The notes beneath the pieces are model-generated. The model worked only from the letters and a program-made list of their open reading frames with translations, searched no databases and was not told where the DNA came from. A DNA stretch of 55,505 bases from Candidatus Enterousia sp. (lineage in GTDB: Bacteria > Pseudomonadota > Alphaproteobacteria > Rs-D84): NCBI GenBank assembly GCA_045613315.1, contig JAZLAV010000019.1, forward strand, positions 1 through 55,505. The letters run 5' to 3'. Each line of letters begins with the position of its first letter. Within the stretch, counting starts at the first letter, position 1. The position numbers and the translations under genes were made by a program. Of the stretch, positions 11,242-20,829 are shown piece by piece.

Positions 11242-13290
11242 TTATTCACATGCACCATACGATTGTGCGACGGTGGCATTTTCGATACACACACTGCCCG
11301 ACACCGCACACGCCGAACGAATTAATGTAATTGTTCCATCCACGGACGATTTGTAATTCAATGCCGCGGCCCGACACTGATTCAAATCTGTGAATTGTGC
11401 GCATGACAATTTCCACGATTTGCAATCAACCGCGGTTGCCGTTGGCGAAACGGTATCCGGCAAACGCAGATTCCATTTCACATAGAAATCTTTCAATGTG
11501 TCAATTGAATGCGATTTACCAAACCCAACCGTATTCAATCCATCGCCCACGCGACAGTTAATATTGTTGCGTTCAACAAACGCGGTAATTGCGGTCGCAA
11601 CACCACCCGTGCCCGCGCCAATTGCTGCACCGGTTGCAATACTTTTGCCCATATTGGATTTTTCGCCGTTCAAAACATCCAACCCGGCAAACACGCCATC
11701 CAATTCGGCGACTTCGACCTGGGTTTCTTCTGGGGCCGCACATCGCCCGATGGAACCGGCTTCGCATTTTAACCCACTTGCCAAATTATTCACATCACGC
11801 AATGATCTGAATTTACACCCAACTGTATCGACCTTTTCACAGCTAGATCTTGCTTTGTCCAACTTTCCTTTTCCTACCCCCATATGTGTTTCCAGATAAT
11901 CTATACACGAAAAGGTATCCATTTTTTGGGCACGACTGCACGCATCCGTCCAGCCTTCAACATCTATCTCAAGGGATATATCTGCGGTCGAAAAAGTGCA
12001 ATCAAGCACATCTTCGCCAAAGCAACGACCCATGTCCGCCTTGACCGTTTGGTAATTTGCATACAAATCGACAATTGCGAGACATTGACGCGGTGTCAAA
12101 TCGGCCGTTGTGATTTTGTCGCCTTCGGATAAATATCTGTTCAACGAATACATATTAACATTTTTCCGCAATTGTTCACTTAACGTTTTTACCGCAGACC
12201 CGTTTTCGCAATCGAACGCGCGTTTACCATGTCCCGCAATCGCGCCAATTCCGGCACCGGCCAATGTTCCCCCACCAATTCCGACAACGGCGGCGGTGCT
12301 GGTATTATTCAGCAACGAAAATCCGAACAAATCTTTGTTGCAACTGAACGTATCACCGGCGGCACGCCAAACCTCGGCCGGTTGGTCGTCACCCAATGCG
12401 CCAAAAAGCCAACTGTTTTTAATATGCGTGTCTTTGTTATACGCCGCCACCCGCAGATAGCACGTTGCCGTTGTTGCATCCCAACGTGCATAATGACCAC
12501 GCGCGCCATCAACACCCGAATTGCCATAGTTTAAATTTGCACCCATCGGATTTGTTTTGATTAACACACCACCATTTTGATTATTATATGCACCGACACG
12601 ATTGTTATATTCCGCCGTTGTGGCCCCGCCGTTGGCAACGGCATTAAACGACGATCCATATGTATTTACATCCAATAACAAACATGTATTTTCCGCCTGA
12701 TTTGGTGTCAATCCTGTTTTACGCAAAACAAAGTTATAATATTCCGGTTGAATTTTACGAGAATTGAAATCAACCCAAACATCCGCGATTGCACGATAAA
12801 TCGGTTTGCAATTACGGCGCACTTCGGTCATACATTTTTCCACCTGGATTGAACAAAGTCCCATTCCGTTCATAATCGCGTTACGCATATCTTCGTTAAA
12901 CAAATCGTTCAATCCACCCGGCAATGCACCGTTGTTCACACATAACAAAACATCGTTCATACAGTTTTGGACCGTATATTCAGAATTACGCACACCACCG
13001 TCCGGACATTCCGGGGTCGGTTGTGGTTGCGGTTCCGGCTGAGACTGGGGATCCGGCTGGGGTTGTGGTTCCGGTTGGGTCGGTTGCGCAACATCCGCCG
13101 TCATATTGGCGGGATTTATCGTCATTACCGGCATAGACGGCATACGCACCGATTGTGTTTCCATACGATTTCCAGCACGAACATTTGCCGCCGCACGCGA
13201 TGTCGCATCGGCCGCAAACGCGGTGCACGCAAACGCCATTACACCAAAACCCGCAAAGATTGCACCAAACAAACCCGATGATTTTTTCAT
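11242..13290 (-). CDS. Secreted cysteine-rich protein with Pro/Gln-rich linker, about 682 aa
   Basis: The start is set at MKKSSGLFGAIFAGFGVMAFACTAFA (ATG 13290, with gggggatttt upstream). It contains a PEPQPQPDPQSQPEPQPQP tract and many Cys in C-x6-8-C spacing. No domain was recognised. Confidence 0.7.
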   Translation of the reverse strand: MKKSSGLFGAIFAGFGVMAFACTAFAADATSRAAANVRAGNRMETQSVRMPSMPVMTINPANMTADVAQPTQPEPQPQPDPQSQPEPQPQPTPECPDGGVRNSEYTVQNCMNDVLLCVNNGALPGGLNDLFNEDMRNAIMNGMGLCSIQVEKCMTEVRRNCKPIYRAIADVWVDFNSRKIQPEYYNFVLRKTGLTPNQAENTCLLLDVNTYGSSFNAVANGGATTAEYNNRVGAYNNQNGGVLIKTNPMGANLNYGNSGVDGARGHYARWDATTATCYLRVAAYNKDTHIKNSWLFGALGDDQPAEVWRAAGDTFSCNKDLFGFSLLNNTSTAAVVGIGGGTLAGAGIGAIAGHGKRAFDCENGSAVKTLSEQLRKNVNMYSLNRYLSEGDKITTADLTPRQCLAIVDLYANYQTVKADMGRCFGEDVLDCTFSTADISLEIDVEGWTDACSRAQKMDTFSCIDYLETHMGVGKGKLDKARSSCEKVDTVGCKFRSLRDVNNLASGLKCEAGSIGRCAAPEETQVEVAELDGVFAGLDVLNGEKSNMGKSIATGAAIGAGTGGVATAITAFVERNNINCRVGDGLNTVGFGKSHSIDTLKDFYVKWNLRLPDTVSPTATAVDCKSWKLSCAQFTDLNQCRAAALNYKSSVDGTITLIRSACAVSGSVCIENATVAQSYGACE

Positions 13291-13393
13291 AAAATCCCCC
13301 CATACAGTTTTTAACAATTATACCATAAAAATACCCCAACAAAAAGTTTTTTTACTGCCCCTGTCCCACTTTTTATGTAAAAAACTTAAAATA

Positions 13394-13421
13394 TTGACAA
13401 AAACAATAACTTGTCTATAAT
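13394..13421 (+). promoter_or_regulatory. Consensus sigma70-type promoter (TTGACA-16 nt-TATAAT) abutting the start codon
   Basis: TTGACA at 13394-13399 and TATAAT at 13416-13421, read directly. ATG codons lie at 13426 and 13429. Confidence 0.55.
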
Positions 13422-13425
13422 ACAA

Positions 13426-14487
13426 ATGATGTGGAATAAAATAAAAGATTTTTACAATTCGAACAGATACGCAATTATTTGGACGGCGTGCTATGTATTT
13501 GCGACGTGGGCCATTATGCGATATATGTTTAATTTCAACATTTTTTCGGCGCACCGTTGGCACCAGTTATTTCATGCACACCTTTATGGATTCGCGGGGT
13601 TCGTATTTGGCATTTTAATTTTGGCAATGGTGCCGCTTTACATTGCAACGACCATTGTTATTACCCGAACCAAAGCACCACTTTTTAATTTCAAAATAAC
13701 GATTCCATCATTTATAAAAACATATATTAAAAACGCATTTACACAAACACCAATGCCCGATACGGAACCGGCGACCACCACAGGCACCAACACGCCCCCC
13801 ACTCCGGATTCCGCCCCAACCACCGATGCGGATTCCACACAAACAACCGACACGCCCGCAATCGCGCCAATTCCCGACGAAGTGCCGGCCGAAATGCGTG
13901 TTGCCTATGCCCGCGCACGCGACAATATTTCACACCCACAAAAAACCGCATTTGATTTGGCACACATGACACAACATTCCGCCCAGACCGCGCAAACCGA
14001 ATCGTTGGCCGACGATACAGATATACCAATTCCGATGGATTTTGACATATCAGATACAGAAAACATTATCGGCGACGCACCGGTTTTCACAGACATTGAT
14101 TTCGATTCGAACGACGAAACCGACAATGACACTGAACCCACAACATCCGATGTCCGTTCCGTAACCGATGACAACGATATTGTGATAAAATACCTGACCG
14201 CGAAATCGGTGCCATATACGATTGACGGCGACGTGGTAATCACAGACAAATTTGCAATTGCATCACACACCGATTCGGATTTTTGGGTTGCTGAAAATGA
14301 ATCATGGTTTGCCACTGGCAAAATACGCCTATCGCCAATTGAATCTGTTTCGGCCGTCGCGACCGTGAACAATGTCCAACCGGTTTTATACCTGGGGGCG
14401 AACAACATTATGGACATTGACGAATTACGTGCCAAATGGGAATCCAACGGCGTTCGCGTAATTGACAAATTGGATGATTTGACATAA
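13426..14487 (+). CDS. Membrane protein with acidic Thr/Asp-rich central region, about 353 aa
   Basis: The ORF-track start at 13411 is TTG. The first ATG is at 13426, in frame. Two or three N-terminal hydrophobic helices are followed by a Pro/Thr/Asp-rich low-complexity region and a globular C-terminus. No domain was recognised. Confidence 0.65.
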   Translation: MMWNKIKDFYNSNRYAIIWTACYVFATWAIMRYMFNFNIFSAHRWHQLFHAHLYGFAGFVFGILILAMVPLYIATTIVITRTKAPLFNFKITIPSFIKTYIKNAFTQTPMPDTEPATTTGTNTPPTPDSAPTTDADSTQTTDTPAIAPIPDEVPAEMRVAYARARDNISHPQKTAFDLAHMTQHSAQTAQTESLADDTDIPIPMDFDISDTENIIGDAPVFTDIDFDSNDETDNDTEPTTSDVRSVTDDNDIVIKYLTAKSVPYTIDGDVVITDKFAIASHTDSDFWVAENESWFATGKIRLSPIESVSAVATVNNVQPVLYLGANNIMDIDELRAKWESNGVRVIDKLDDLT

Positions 14488-14492
14488 TAAAA

Positions 14493-14516
14493 AACCGCCC
14501 CATAACGGGGGCGGTT
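14493..14516. terminator. Bidirectional terminator between convergent genes
   Basis: aaccgcccc ataac gggggcggtt, flanked by A/T runs. Confidence 0.65.
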
Positions 14517-14521
14517 AAATT

Positions 14522-17284
14522 TTACATTTCAACGGTATTCGTTGTGACAACCGGTTCACCAAATTCTTTACACATTGCACCATGATATTCTTGGATTTTG
14601 GTAGCCGAATCTCCGCCGATTTTAAGCCCCATAAATCTATATCCGCCGGATGAATTTTTGGTACTTGTTGTGATTACGGCCTCGGCTTCTTTGCATATCA
14701 CAGATTCTGTTGTCAGTGTGCATATGTTCGACGATGGAGAAAATACCGCACTCATCGAAATGCGCCCCAGCATATTGCCATATGTATCCGTTTGCACATA
14801 TTCGGAATGACCACTTTGTTGTGCCTGGGTCAACCTTGCCATATTTGCACCGGAAATCACATATTTGGTTTCATAACCATTGCCCGACATGCCACTGTCT
14901 TCGGCGGCCGTGAATACGTTGCTGAACGTGTTTTCATATTTCACACAAACCGGTACCGAATCATTTTCGTCCAACGTCCCATATTCCACACAAACGGGTT
15001 TATTGCTGGATGCCATCGCCGCACAAAGGACGGACTTGATTTCGCTATTTTGTGCTTTCAATGCTTCACTGACCAATTGGTTATATTTTTTTGTATAATT
15101 TTGATTTGCCCGTTCCAGACCACCATTAATTATCGCCAAAATAGATGAATCCAATAAATGCGGATAACGTGCCACGGATTGTGTTCTGGGACCAGCACCA
15201 CGAATTTGCGACATATCGCGTCCATTGACACACATGTTGATGATAGTGTCCTGGGACAATATCGCAATCTTTTGATTGATTTTATTTGCCGCCGATTGCA
15301 ACGCCGAAACGACACGTTGGACCGTCACATTATCGTCATCCAAATGGTTTTTGTAATCTGAAATATTAAGTTCGTATTCACCAAACCGTACATCTTCGGG
15401 GTCTTGAACATCGTCGACCTTGCTTATTTTTACATTACCGAACGAAACCAAACCATCGATAACATAATTTCCTTCACCATCTTTGTACGACAACAACGAT
15501 TCAGTCCCCATGGCGTTGTCTGTATCAAACGCAGCACACGTTGCGGTATCGCCACAAATTTCTATCATTTTTTCCGTCACCGCATTTTGGCATTGGTTCA
15601 GCATTGCATCATCAAGATTCAAGAATATCCCCATCACCAAATCAGATATTTCTGACAATGATTTTTTCGTACCATTTTCCTGGCAACCGACCAATTTATC
15701 GGTTGGGCACAGTGCAATCACTGAATCCATATCCAAACCAATACATTGTGTGTAATCCTTGCCACAACGGTCATCCGATTGCAGACACGATTTTACCGCA
15801 TTTGTGCACGAATCAACACGCATAGATGCCAACCGAGCCACCACAAAATCCCAAATCTGTGATTTTTGGGCCTTGGACGCACTTGATGTGTCGATGCCAC
15901 ACGCATTAAGTGGAACCCTGCACAAATTCAACATTGTTTCCGGACGTGTCAAACACATATCATATGAACCATCGGGATCGTTCGGATCAATATTATCTTT
16001 ACATGCCTTTTGGAAACACGACGATATATTACCAATACAACTTTGACGTGCGTTATCTTCGGCAATCAGTTCGGCCGATTTTATTTGCGGGGCAACATCG
16101 CGCAAAAATGTATCCCAAACCTGGTCTGCGACACGGGCACACTGTTTTGTCACAGTATCGCAAATCGGTTTTTTGGCCAACAATGTGTCGTATGTCGATG
16201 CTGCAATTTCAATTGTTGTCACGGAACCCTGGATTGCATAATTTTTAACTTTTTTAGATGTGCTTTGACGAACATTGGTACTGTCAAATGCTGAAACCGA
16301 CGCGCACGATGCAAAATCGTCACCACATTCGGCCTTGGTCTGCATACATTTTTTAAATTCCAATGTGCATTGGCCCAAATCATACTTGTTCGCCGACTGG
16401 AATTGTTCCAATGCGGCATCGCGCAACGCGCGTTCCGCGGTCGACAATTTTGTTTGGCTGGCACTTTTTTGTTGCTTCAAACTGTTTTCGTACGCGTTGC
16501 AATCCGATTTAATTTTCTGCGCATACAACAATTTCAATACCGACGATTCCGCCGAACATTCCGGTATTTGCGCAAAACACAAATCAGACGCTGCCTGGTG
16601 CAAAGAATCGCCTGTTTTTCCATCAATCGGCGAATCCGACCCAAACACATCCAAATCATCATCAAACACCAACGTGTTGTCCCAAGCCGACAAATCCAAT
16701 GTTCTTCTGCGATTTGATGCAGAATCAGGAACATTGCCACTTGCCGCGGCGGCGGCTGCATTGGCGGCGGCAATAACAGCATCGGCGTCGGACCCCATTT
16801 CGATTTTTTCAACCCCGTAAGTCGCCATTTGATACGATTGTTGGTCCAACTTTTCTATTTCTGCCAATACAGTATCCAATTCCGCATTTCTGTTACTGCA
16901 AAGGCAACGCCCCCCACTGGTATTATCCAACATACAGAATGCGTCCATACACCCATAGTATTTATTTTGACATTCTTCGTTAACGGCCGTATTCGCAACC
17001 GCCCCGGACACCTTGGTCCCAGAATTAATAACTTTTTGCGTACCAGTTGCCGCACGCGCAGAAACGGTTTTGGTCGGGGTTGTGGCACTGCGGGCGGCCG
17101 TTCCCCGTGCGGGCGTGGCCGAACGCGCCGCGGTTGTTCGTACCGCACTGCGCGCGGTTGCGTCCGCCGTTTGCGCCGTGGGTGTCGATGCCGTCGAACC
17201 ACGACCACGCGCCACCGGTGTCGCCGCATTTGCGTTTATAACCGCACCAATAATTAACAGGATTGATATCACAAACCTTCTCAT
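14522..17284 (-). CDS. Secreted cysteine-rich protein, 920 aa
   Basis: Signal peptide MRRFVISILLIIGAVINANA. An Arg/Ala/Thr-rich repeat tract (TAARSATPARGTAARSAT) follows. There are repeated C-x6-C-x6-C-x6-C modules, for example CTLEFKKCMQTKAECGDDFASC and CTNAVKSCLQSDDRCGKDYTQC. Confidence 0.75.
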   Translation of the reverse strand: MRRFVISILLIIGAVINANAATPVARGRGSTASTPTAQTADATARSAVRTTAARSATPARGTAARSATTPTKTVSARAATGTQKVINSGTKVSGAVANTAVNEECQNKYYGCMDAFCMLDNTSGGRCLCSNRNAELDTVLAEIEKLDQQSYQMATYGVEKIEMGSDADAVIAAANAAAAAASGNVPDSASNRRRTLDLSAWDNTLVFDDDLDVFGSDSPIDGKTGDSLHQAASDLCFAQIPECSAESSVLKLLYAQKIKSDCNAYENSLKQQKSASQTKLSTAERALRDAALEQFQSANKYDLGQCTLEFKKCMQTKAECGDDFASCASVSAFDSTNVRQSTSKKVKNYAIQGSVTTIEIAASTYDTLLAKKPICDTVTKQCARVADQVWDTFLRDVAPQIKSAELIAEDNARQSCIGNISSCFQKACKDNIDPNDPDGSYDMCLTRPETMLNLCRVPLNACGIDTSSASKAQKSQIWDFVVARLASMRVDSCTNAVKSCLQSDDRCGKDYTQCIGLDMDSVIALCPTDKLVGCQENGTKKSLSEISDLVMGIFLNLDDAMLNQCQNAVTEKMIEICGDTATCAAFDTDNAMGTESLLSYKDGEGNYVIDGLVSFGNVKISKVDDVQDPEDVRFGEYELNISDYKNHLDDDNVTVQRVVSALQSAANKINQKIAILSQDTIINMCVNGRDMSQIRGAGPRTQSVARYPHLLDSSILAIINGGLERANQNYTKKYNQLVSEALKAQNSEIKSVLCAAMASSNKPVCVEYGTLDENDSVPVCVKYENTFSNVFTAAEDSGMSGNGYETKYVISGANMARLTQAQQSGHSEYVQTDTYGNMLGRISMSAVFSPSSNICTLTTESVICKEAEAVITTSTKNSSGGYRFMGLKIGGDSATKIQEYHGAMCKEFGEPVVTTNTVEM

Positions 17285-17386
17285 TCACGCCCCCATATTA
17301 TCTTTGATATTTTATCATAATATGGGCATTATTAAAAACACTTTTTTTGATTTACGATGGCGTGATTTCACAAATTATGTAAAAAT

Positions 17387-17411
17387 AAAAACGGGGCAAA
17401 TGCCCCGTTTT
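17387..17411. terminator. Terminator after rplQ (bidirectional hairpin)
   Basis: aaaacggggca aat tgccccgtttt. It lies immediately downstream of the rplQ stop at 17414. Confidence 0.7.
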
Positions 17412-17413
17412 TA

Positions 17414-17980
17414 TTATTTACCCGTCGCACGACGTTTAACGGCAACATCCTTTTGGGCACCTGACACCTTTGCTGCCTTGGGCGCAGACTTTTCAACCTT
17501 GGCTGCTGGGGCCTTGGCCGATGTCTTTTTTGCCACTGGTTTTTCTTCTGTAGCGGTTGCAACTTCTTCTTTGGATTCCACCGCAACTGTTTTTGGGGCA
17601 GATTTTTTTGCACCTTCGTCACGATCAACCAATTCAATAATCGCCATTGGTGCCGCATCGCCATAACGGAAACCCGCCTTTAATACGCGTGTATAACCGC
17701 CATTACGTTTGGCATAACGTGGCCCCAAAACCGTGAACAATTTTTTGACCGTTGCATCCGACCCATTACCCAATTCAGACGCAATCAAACGACGATTTGC
17801 CACCGTATCAACCTTGGCGCGAGTAATCATTTTTTCGACCACACTGCGCAGGTCTTTTGCCTTAGGCAAAGTTGTTTTAATTTGTTCACGTTCAATCAAG
17901 TTTTTCGCCAAGCCAACAAACAGTGCTTTGCGTGCATTTGTGTCGCGATTAAATGTGCGACCCGCTTTCATATGTCTCAT
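17414..17980 (-). CDS. rplQ: 50S ribosomal protein L17 with Lys/Ala/Glu-rich C-terminal extension
   Basis: The N-terminus [21 protein letters not shown]... is the canonical L17 start. The gene follows rpoA. Confidence 0.93.
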   Translation of the reverse strand: MRHMKAGRTFNRDTNARKALFVGLAKNLIEREQIKTTLPKAKDLRSVVEKMITRAKVDTVANRRLIASELGNGSDATVKKLFTVLGPRYAKRNGGYTRVLKAGFRYGDAAPMAIIELVDRDEGAKKSAPKTVAVESKEEVATATEEKPVAKKTSAKAPAAKVEKSAPKAAKVSGAQKDVAVKRRATGK

Positions 17981-18082
17981 CGATTACTCCTTTATTTTTG
18001 TTTCAGCCCCAGACCATCCGGGGATTTTTGAGACACCCGCAACCAAAGCTGCCCCCTGAATTGCGGTTTTTGTTATTATTCC

Positions 18083-19111
18083 CTATTTATAAGGGTCTTC
18101 ATATTTCTTCGCAAGTTCTGCGATGTTTTCCGGTGGCCAACCCGGAACTTCCATACCCAATCCCAATCCCATAGCTTCCAACTGAGCCTTGATTTCGTTC
18201 AAGGATTTGCGGCCAAAGTTTGGCGTTTTCAACATATCGGCTTCGGTCTTTTGGACCAATTCGCCCAGCCAATTGATTTTGTCGTTCTTTAAACAGTTGT
18301 TTGCACGAACAGACAATTCCAATTCATCAACATGCTTTAACAATTTTGGATCAAACGGCAACGCATCTTTCGCCTTGTCTTCTTCGCTTGGCGCGTTGAT
18401 TTGTGCCGGATCTTCAAAGTTAATAAAGACAACCAATTGATCGGTCAAAATACGCGCAGCAAATGCGATTGCATCTTCGGGTGCAACACTGCCGTTTGTT
18501 TTAACCGTCAATTCCAATTTGTCGTAATCTGTGGACTGACCAACACGGGTTTGTGTAACGGTGCTGGCCACGTTCAAAATCGGCGAATAAATTGAATCAA
18601 CCGGAATAACACCCAAAGGCAAATCGGTAGCATTTTGCGACGCCGGCACATAACCACGGCCCGTTCCCAATGTGATTTCCATGTCCAAATTTGCACCCTT
18701 GTCCAACGTACAGATTTCGACATCTTTGTTCATAACTTCGACACCACCGGCGGCTTCAATCATACCTGCGGTCACAACGGCCGGTCCTTTGACCTTTAAA
18801 TACACCTTGTGCTGACCTTCTGTTAATGCCTTGAAATAAACACCCTTTAAATTCAAGATAATATCGGTCACATCCTCGCGGCAACCCGGCACACTGCTAA
18901 ACTCGTGCTGGACACCATCAATTTTAATATAAATCGGCGCACATCCTTGAAGCGAAGACAACAAAACACGACGCAATGCCGTCCCCAGTGTCAAACCGAA
19001 CCCTTTTTCCAACGGTTCAGCAATCAGTGTCGCAACATTCGGATTATTTTCATCAACCACTACATTAAGTTTCTTTGGCTTAATAAGGGTCATCCAGTTT
19101 TTTTCAATCAT
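18083..19111 (-). CDS. rpoA: DNA-directed RNA polymerase alpha subunit
   Basis: 342 aa. It contains ...[20 protein letters not shown]... and the C-terminal domain [15 protein letters not shown]. Confidence 0.97.
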   Translation of the reverse strand: MIEKNWMTLIKPKKLNVVVDENNPNVATLIAEPLEKGFGLTLGTALRRVLLSSLQGCAPIYIKIDGVQHEFSSVPGCREDVTDIILNLKGVYFKALTEGQHKVYLKVKGPAVVTAGMIEAAGGVEVMNKDVEICTLDKGANLDMEITLGTGRGYVPASQNATDLPLGVIPVDSIYSPILNVASTVTQTRVGQSTDYDKLELTVKTNGSVAPEDAIAFAARILTDQLVVFINFEDPAQINAPSEEDKAKDALPFDPKLLKHVDELELSVRANNCLKNDKINWLGELVQKTEADMLKTPNFGRKSLNEIKAQLEAMGLGLGMEVPGWPPENIAELAKKYEDPYK

Positions 19112-19180
19112 ATGTTTTTCCTTATGGCTTAGTTTATCATTTTCACCAATTTGCGCCCAAACCCCTTGTGCACGTGCGTT

Positions 19181-19209
19181 ATTTTATACCGACAAATGCC
19201 AATTGTCAA
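19181..19209 (-). promoter_or_regulatory. Candidate rpoA-rplQ promoter (TTGACA-17-TAAAAT on the minus strand)
   Basis: The reverse complement reads gggTTGACAattggcatttgtcggtaTAAAAT. It lies about 65 nt upstream of the rpoA ATG. Confidence 0.5.
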
Positions 19210-19311
19210 CCCAAAAGTGCTTGTAATCCGTCGATTAAACCGCCACTTGCCCCCCCGCACACCGGTCACCAACATACGCAAATTTGACAAAATTTATTTT
19301 TATCAAAAAAC

Positions 19312-19340
19312 TTGACAACCGGGGTTTTGTGTCCTAGTAT
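19312..19340 (+). promoter_or_regulatory. Candidate promoter (TTGACA-17-TAGTAT) for the 115-aa gene
   Basis: TTGACA at 19312-19317 and TAGTAT at 19335-19340. The RBS aaggaaaa precedes the ATG at 19370. Confidence 0.55.
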
Positions 19341-19369
19341 CACATCAATCCAAACCAAAAGGAAAAAAT

Positions 19370-19717
19370 ATGAAGAAAACTCTTTTATCTGGTGTGATTG
19401 CATGTGTTATCTGCGCGCCGGTCTATGCGTCCGATGGCGGTGTTTATAGTGATTACAACACTGAAATGAAAACCACGGCCGAAGATTTTGTTCGCACACA
19501 ACGCGTTGCAAAACCAGTTGCTAAACCAACATGCACCCAATGCGATAAATGCTCTGGCCGTGTTTGCGGCGAACCATTTGAACGTATTGTTAACCGTGAA
19601 TATTTCGTTCGTGAAACTGTTCAACAGTATCGTCCGGTCGTATCCTATGTTCCGGCGGGGTCATACACAACTGTTCGTGCGGTCGCGACACCAAAATGCA
19701 ACAAATGTGGTTTTTAA
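19370..19717 (+). CDS. Small secreted Cys-containing hypothetical protein, 115 aa
   Basis: Signal peptide MKKTLLSGVIACVICAPVYA. CxxC-type pairs (CTQCDKCSGRVC, CNKC). It has its own promoter and terminator. Confidence 0.6.
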   Translation: MKKTLLSGVIACVICAPVYASDGGVYSDYNTEMKTTAEDFVRTQRVAKPVAKPTCTQCDKCSGRVCGEPFERIVNREYFVRETVQQYRPVVSYVPAGSYTTVRAVATPKCNKCGF

Positions 19718-19743
19718 TCACGATACAGAGTTTGCGCTAATAA

Positions 19744-19770
19744 AAAATCACCCAAACGGGTGATTTTTTA
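19744..19770. terminator. Bidirectional terminator between convergent genes
   Basis: aaaatcaccc aaac gggtgatttt, with flanking A/T runs. Confidence 0.65.
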
Positions 19771-20718
19771 TTTTTGTTTTCTTTTTGCACGCGTATATTG
19801 CGTTTTTATCAACCGTAATATCGCAGCACAATCATCGTGCTGGTTTATAAACGAATGTTTACTTTTTGGGAATTCAACGAAACGCATTGTCTGCATCGGC
19901 GAATATGCGTTTACCTGGTTATAAATTCCGCGAATATATTCGATTGGTGCCTTTTTATCGCGCCCACCCGCAACCAATGTTATTGGAATATTATATTGCG
20001 CCATTAAATCCGGCCGCGGACCAAACTCGTCCAGCGAATCATAAAAATCCGCCGGCAACGACACATATCGACTGGCGTTTACCAATGCGATGTCATGTGG
20101 GCTCATCATCCCCATCGGCAATTTGCTGGATTCTTCGATGGACAAATTTGGATACTGGTGGGTCAGCATAAATTCTTTGGAAAACTTGCACCATTCTTTT
20201 GTCACATACGGTGCAAAAAATATTCCCCCGGAAAATCCGATTGGCTGTTTATTTAAAACACGACGATTAAACACCGCCAGTGACCCCGTTCCCCCCAACG
20301 AATGTCCCACCACACACGTCCATTTGTCAATGGACATTTTTGCAATGATATCCAATCCGACATCCATTAAATCCACGAATTCGGCAAAAGTATTCTTTTT
20401 CGCCAAATCTTCGGAAATTTCCGGTTTAAAATCGCCCAAGAAAGTATCAACTGCATAAATATTATATTTGTGTTTAAACGCCCAGTAACTTAACGCGCAC
20501 ATCAACGGTTCGATTTCTGTATTACTGGCCAACCCCGGCACCAATACAAAATTACCGTATGCCACATCGTCCCCCACCGAATAATATGTTATTTTACCCA
20601 TGGTCCCCAAATCGGTTTTTGACGTAAAATTCACCTGCCAGGAAAAATATTTTTCCTTTAACCGTGGCAATTCATCCGCATAATCATTTGGTACAAAAAC
20701 GTTTTTTTGTGCTTTCAT
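19768..20718 (-). CDS. Alpha/beta-fold hydrolase, about 316 aa
   Basis: Nucleophile elbow VVGHSLGG. The start is set at MKAQKNVF (ATG 20718), rather than the upstream ORF-track start. Confidence 0.75.
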   Translation of the reverse strand: MKAQKNVFVPNDYADELPRLKEKYFSWQVNFTSKTDLGTMGKITYYSVGDDVAYGNFVLVPGLASNTEIEPLMCALSYWAFKHKYNIYAVDTFLGDFKPEISEDLAKKNTFAEFVDLMDVGLDIIAKMSIDKWTCVVGHSLGGTGSLAVFNRRVLNKQPIGFSGGIFFAPYVTKEWCKFSKEFMLTHQYPNLSIEESSKLPMGMMSPHDIALVNASRYVSLPADFYDSLDEFGPRPDLMAQYNIPITLVAGGRDKKAPIEYIRGIYNQVNAYSPMQTMRFVEFPKSKHSFINQHDDCAAILRLIKTQYTRAKRKQK

Positions 20719-20784
20719 ACCACGAACATTAACACAAAAAATTAAAATGTCAACATTATAAATAAGCCCCCCTCGCAACAAAAC

Positions 20785-20811
20785 AAAAAACCGCCAAACG
20801 GCGGTTTTTTT
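20785..20811 (-). terminator. Terminator directly after rpsK
   Basis: aaaaaaccgcc aaac ggcggtttttt. On the minus strand the stem is followed by a T-run. It lies 19 nt downstream of the rpsK stop. Confidence 0.7.
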
Positions 20812-20829
20812 GTTATTAACAGTCCATCA

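Noticed and set aside
16829-17666. Stack of overlapping ORFs in several frames (142, 124, 217, 87, 64 and 98 aa)
   Set aside because: They coincide with the locally GC-rich Arg/Ala/Thr repeat at the 5' end of the 920-aa gene, and with the Lys/Ala tail of rplQ. Arg/Pro-rich nonsense translations are typical of off-frame reading of GC-rich repeats.
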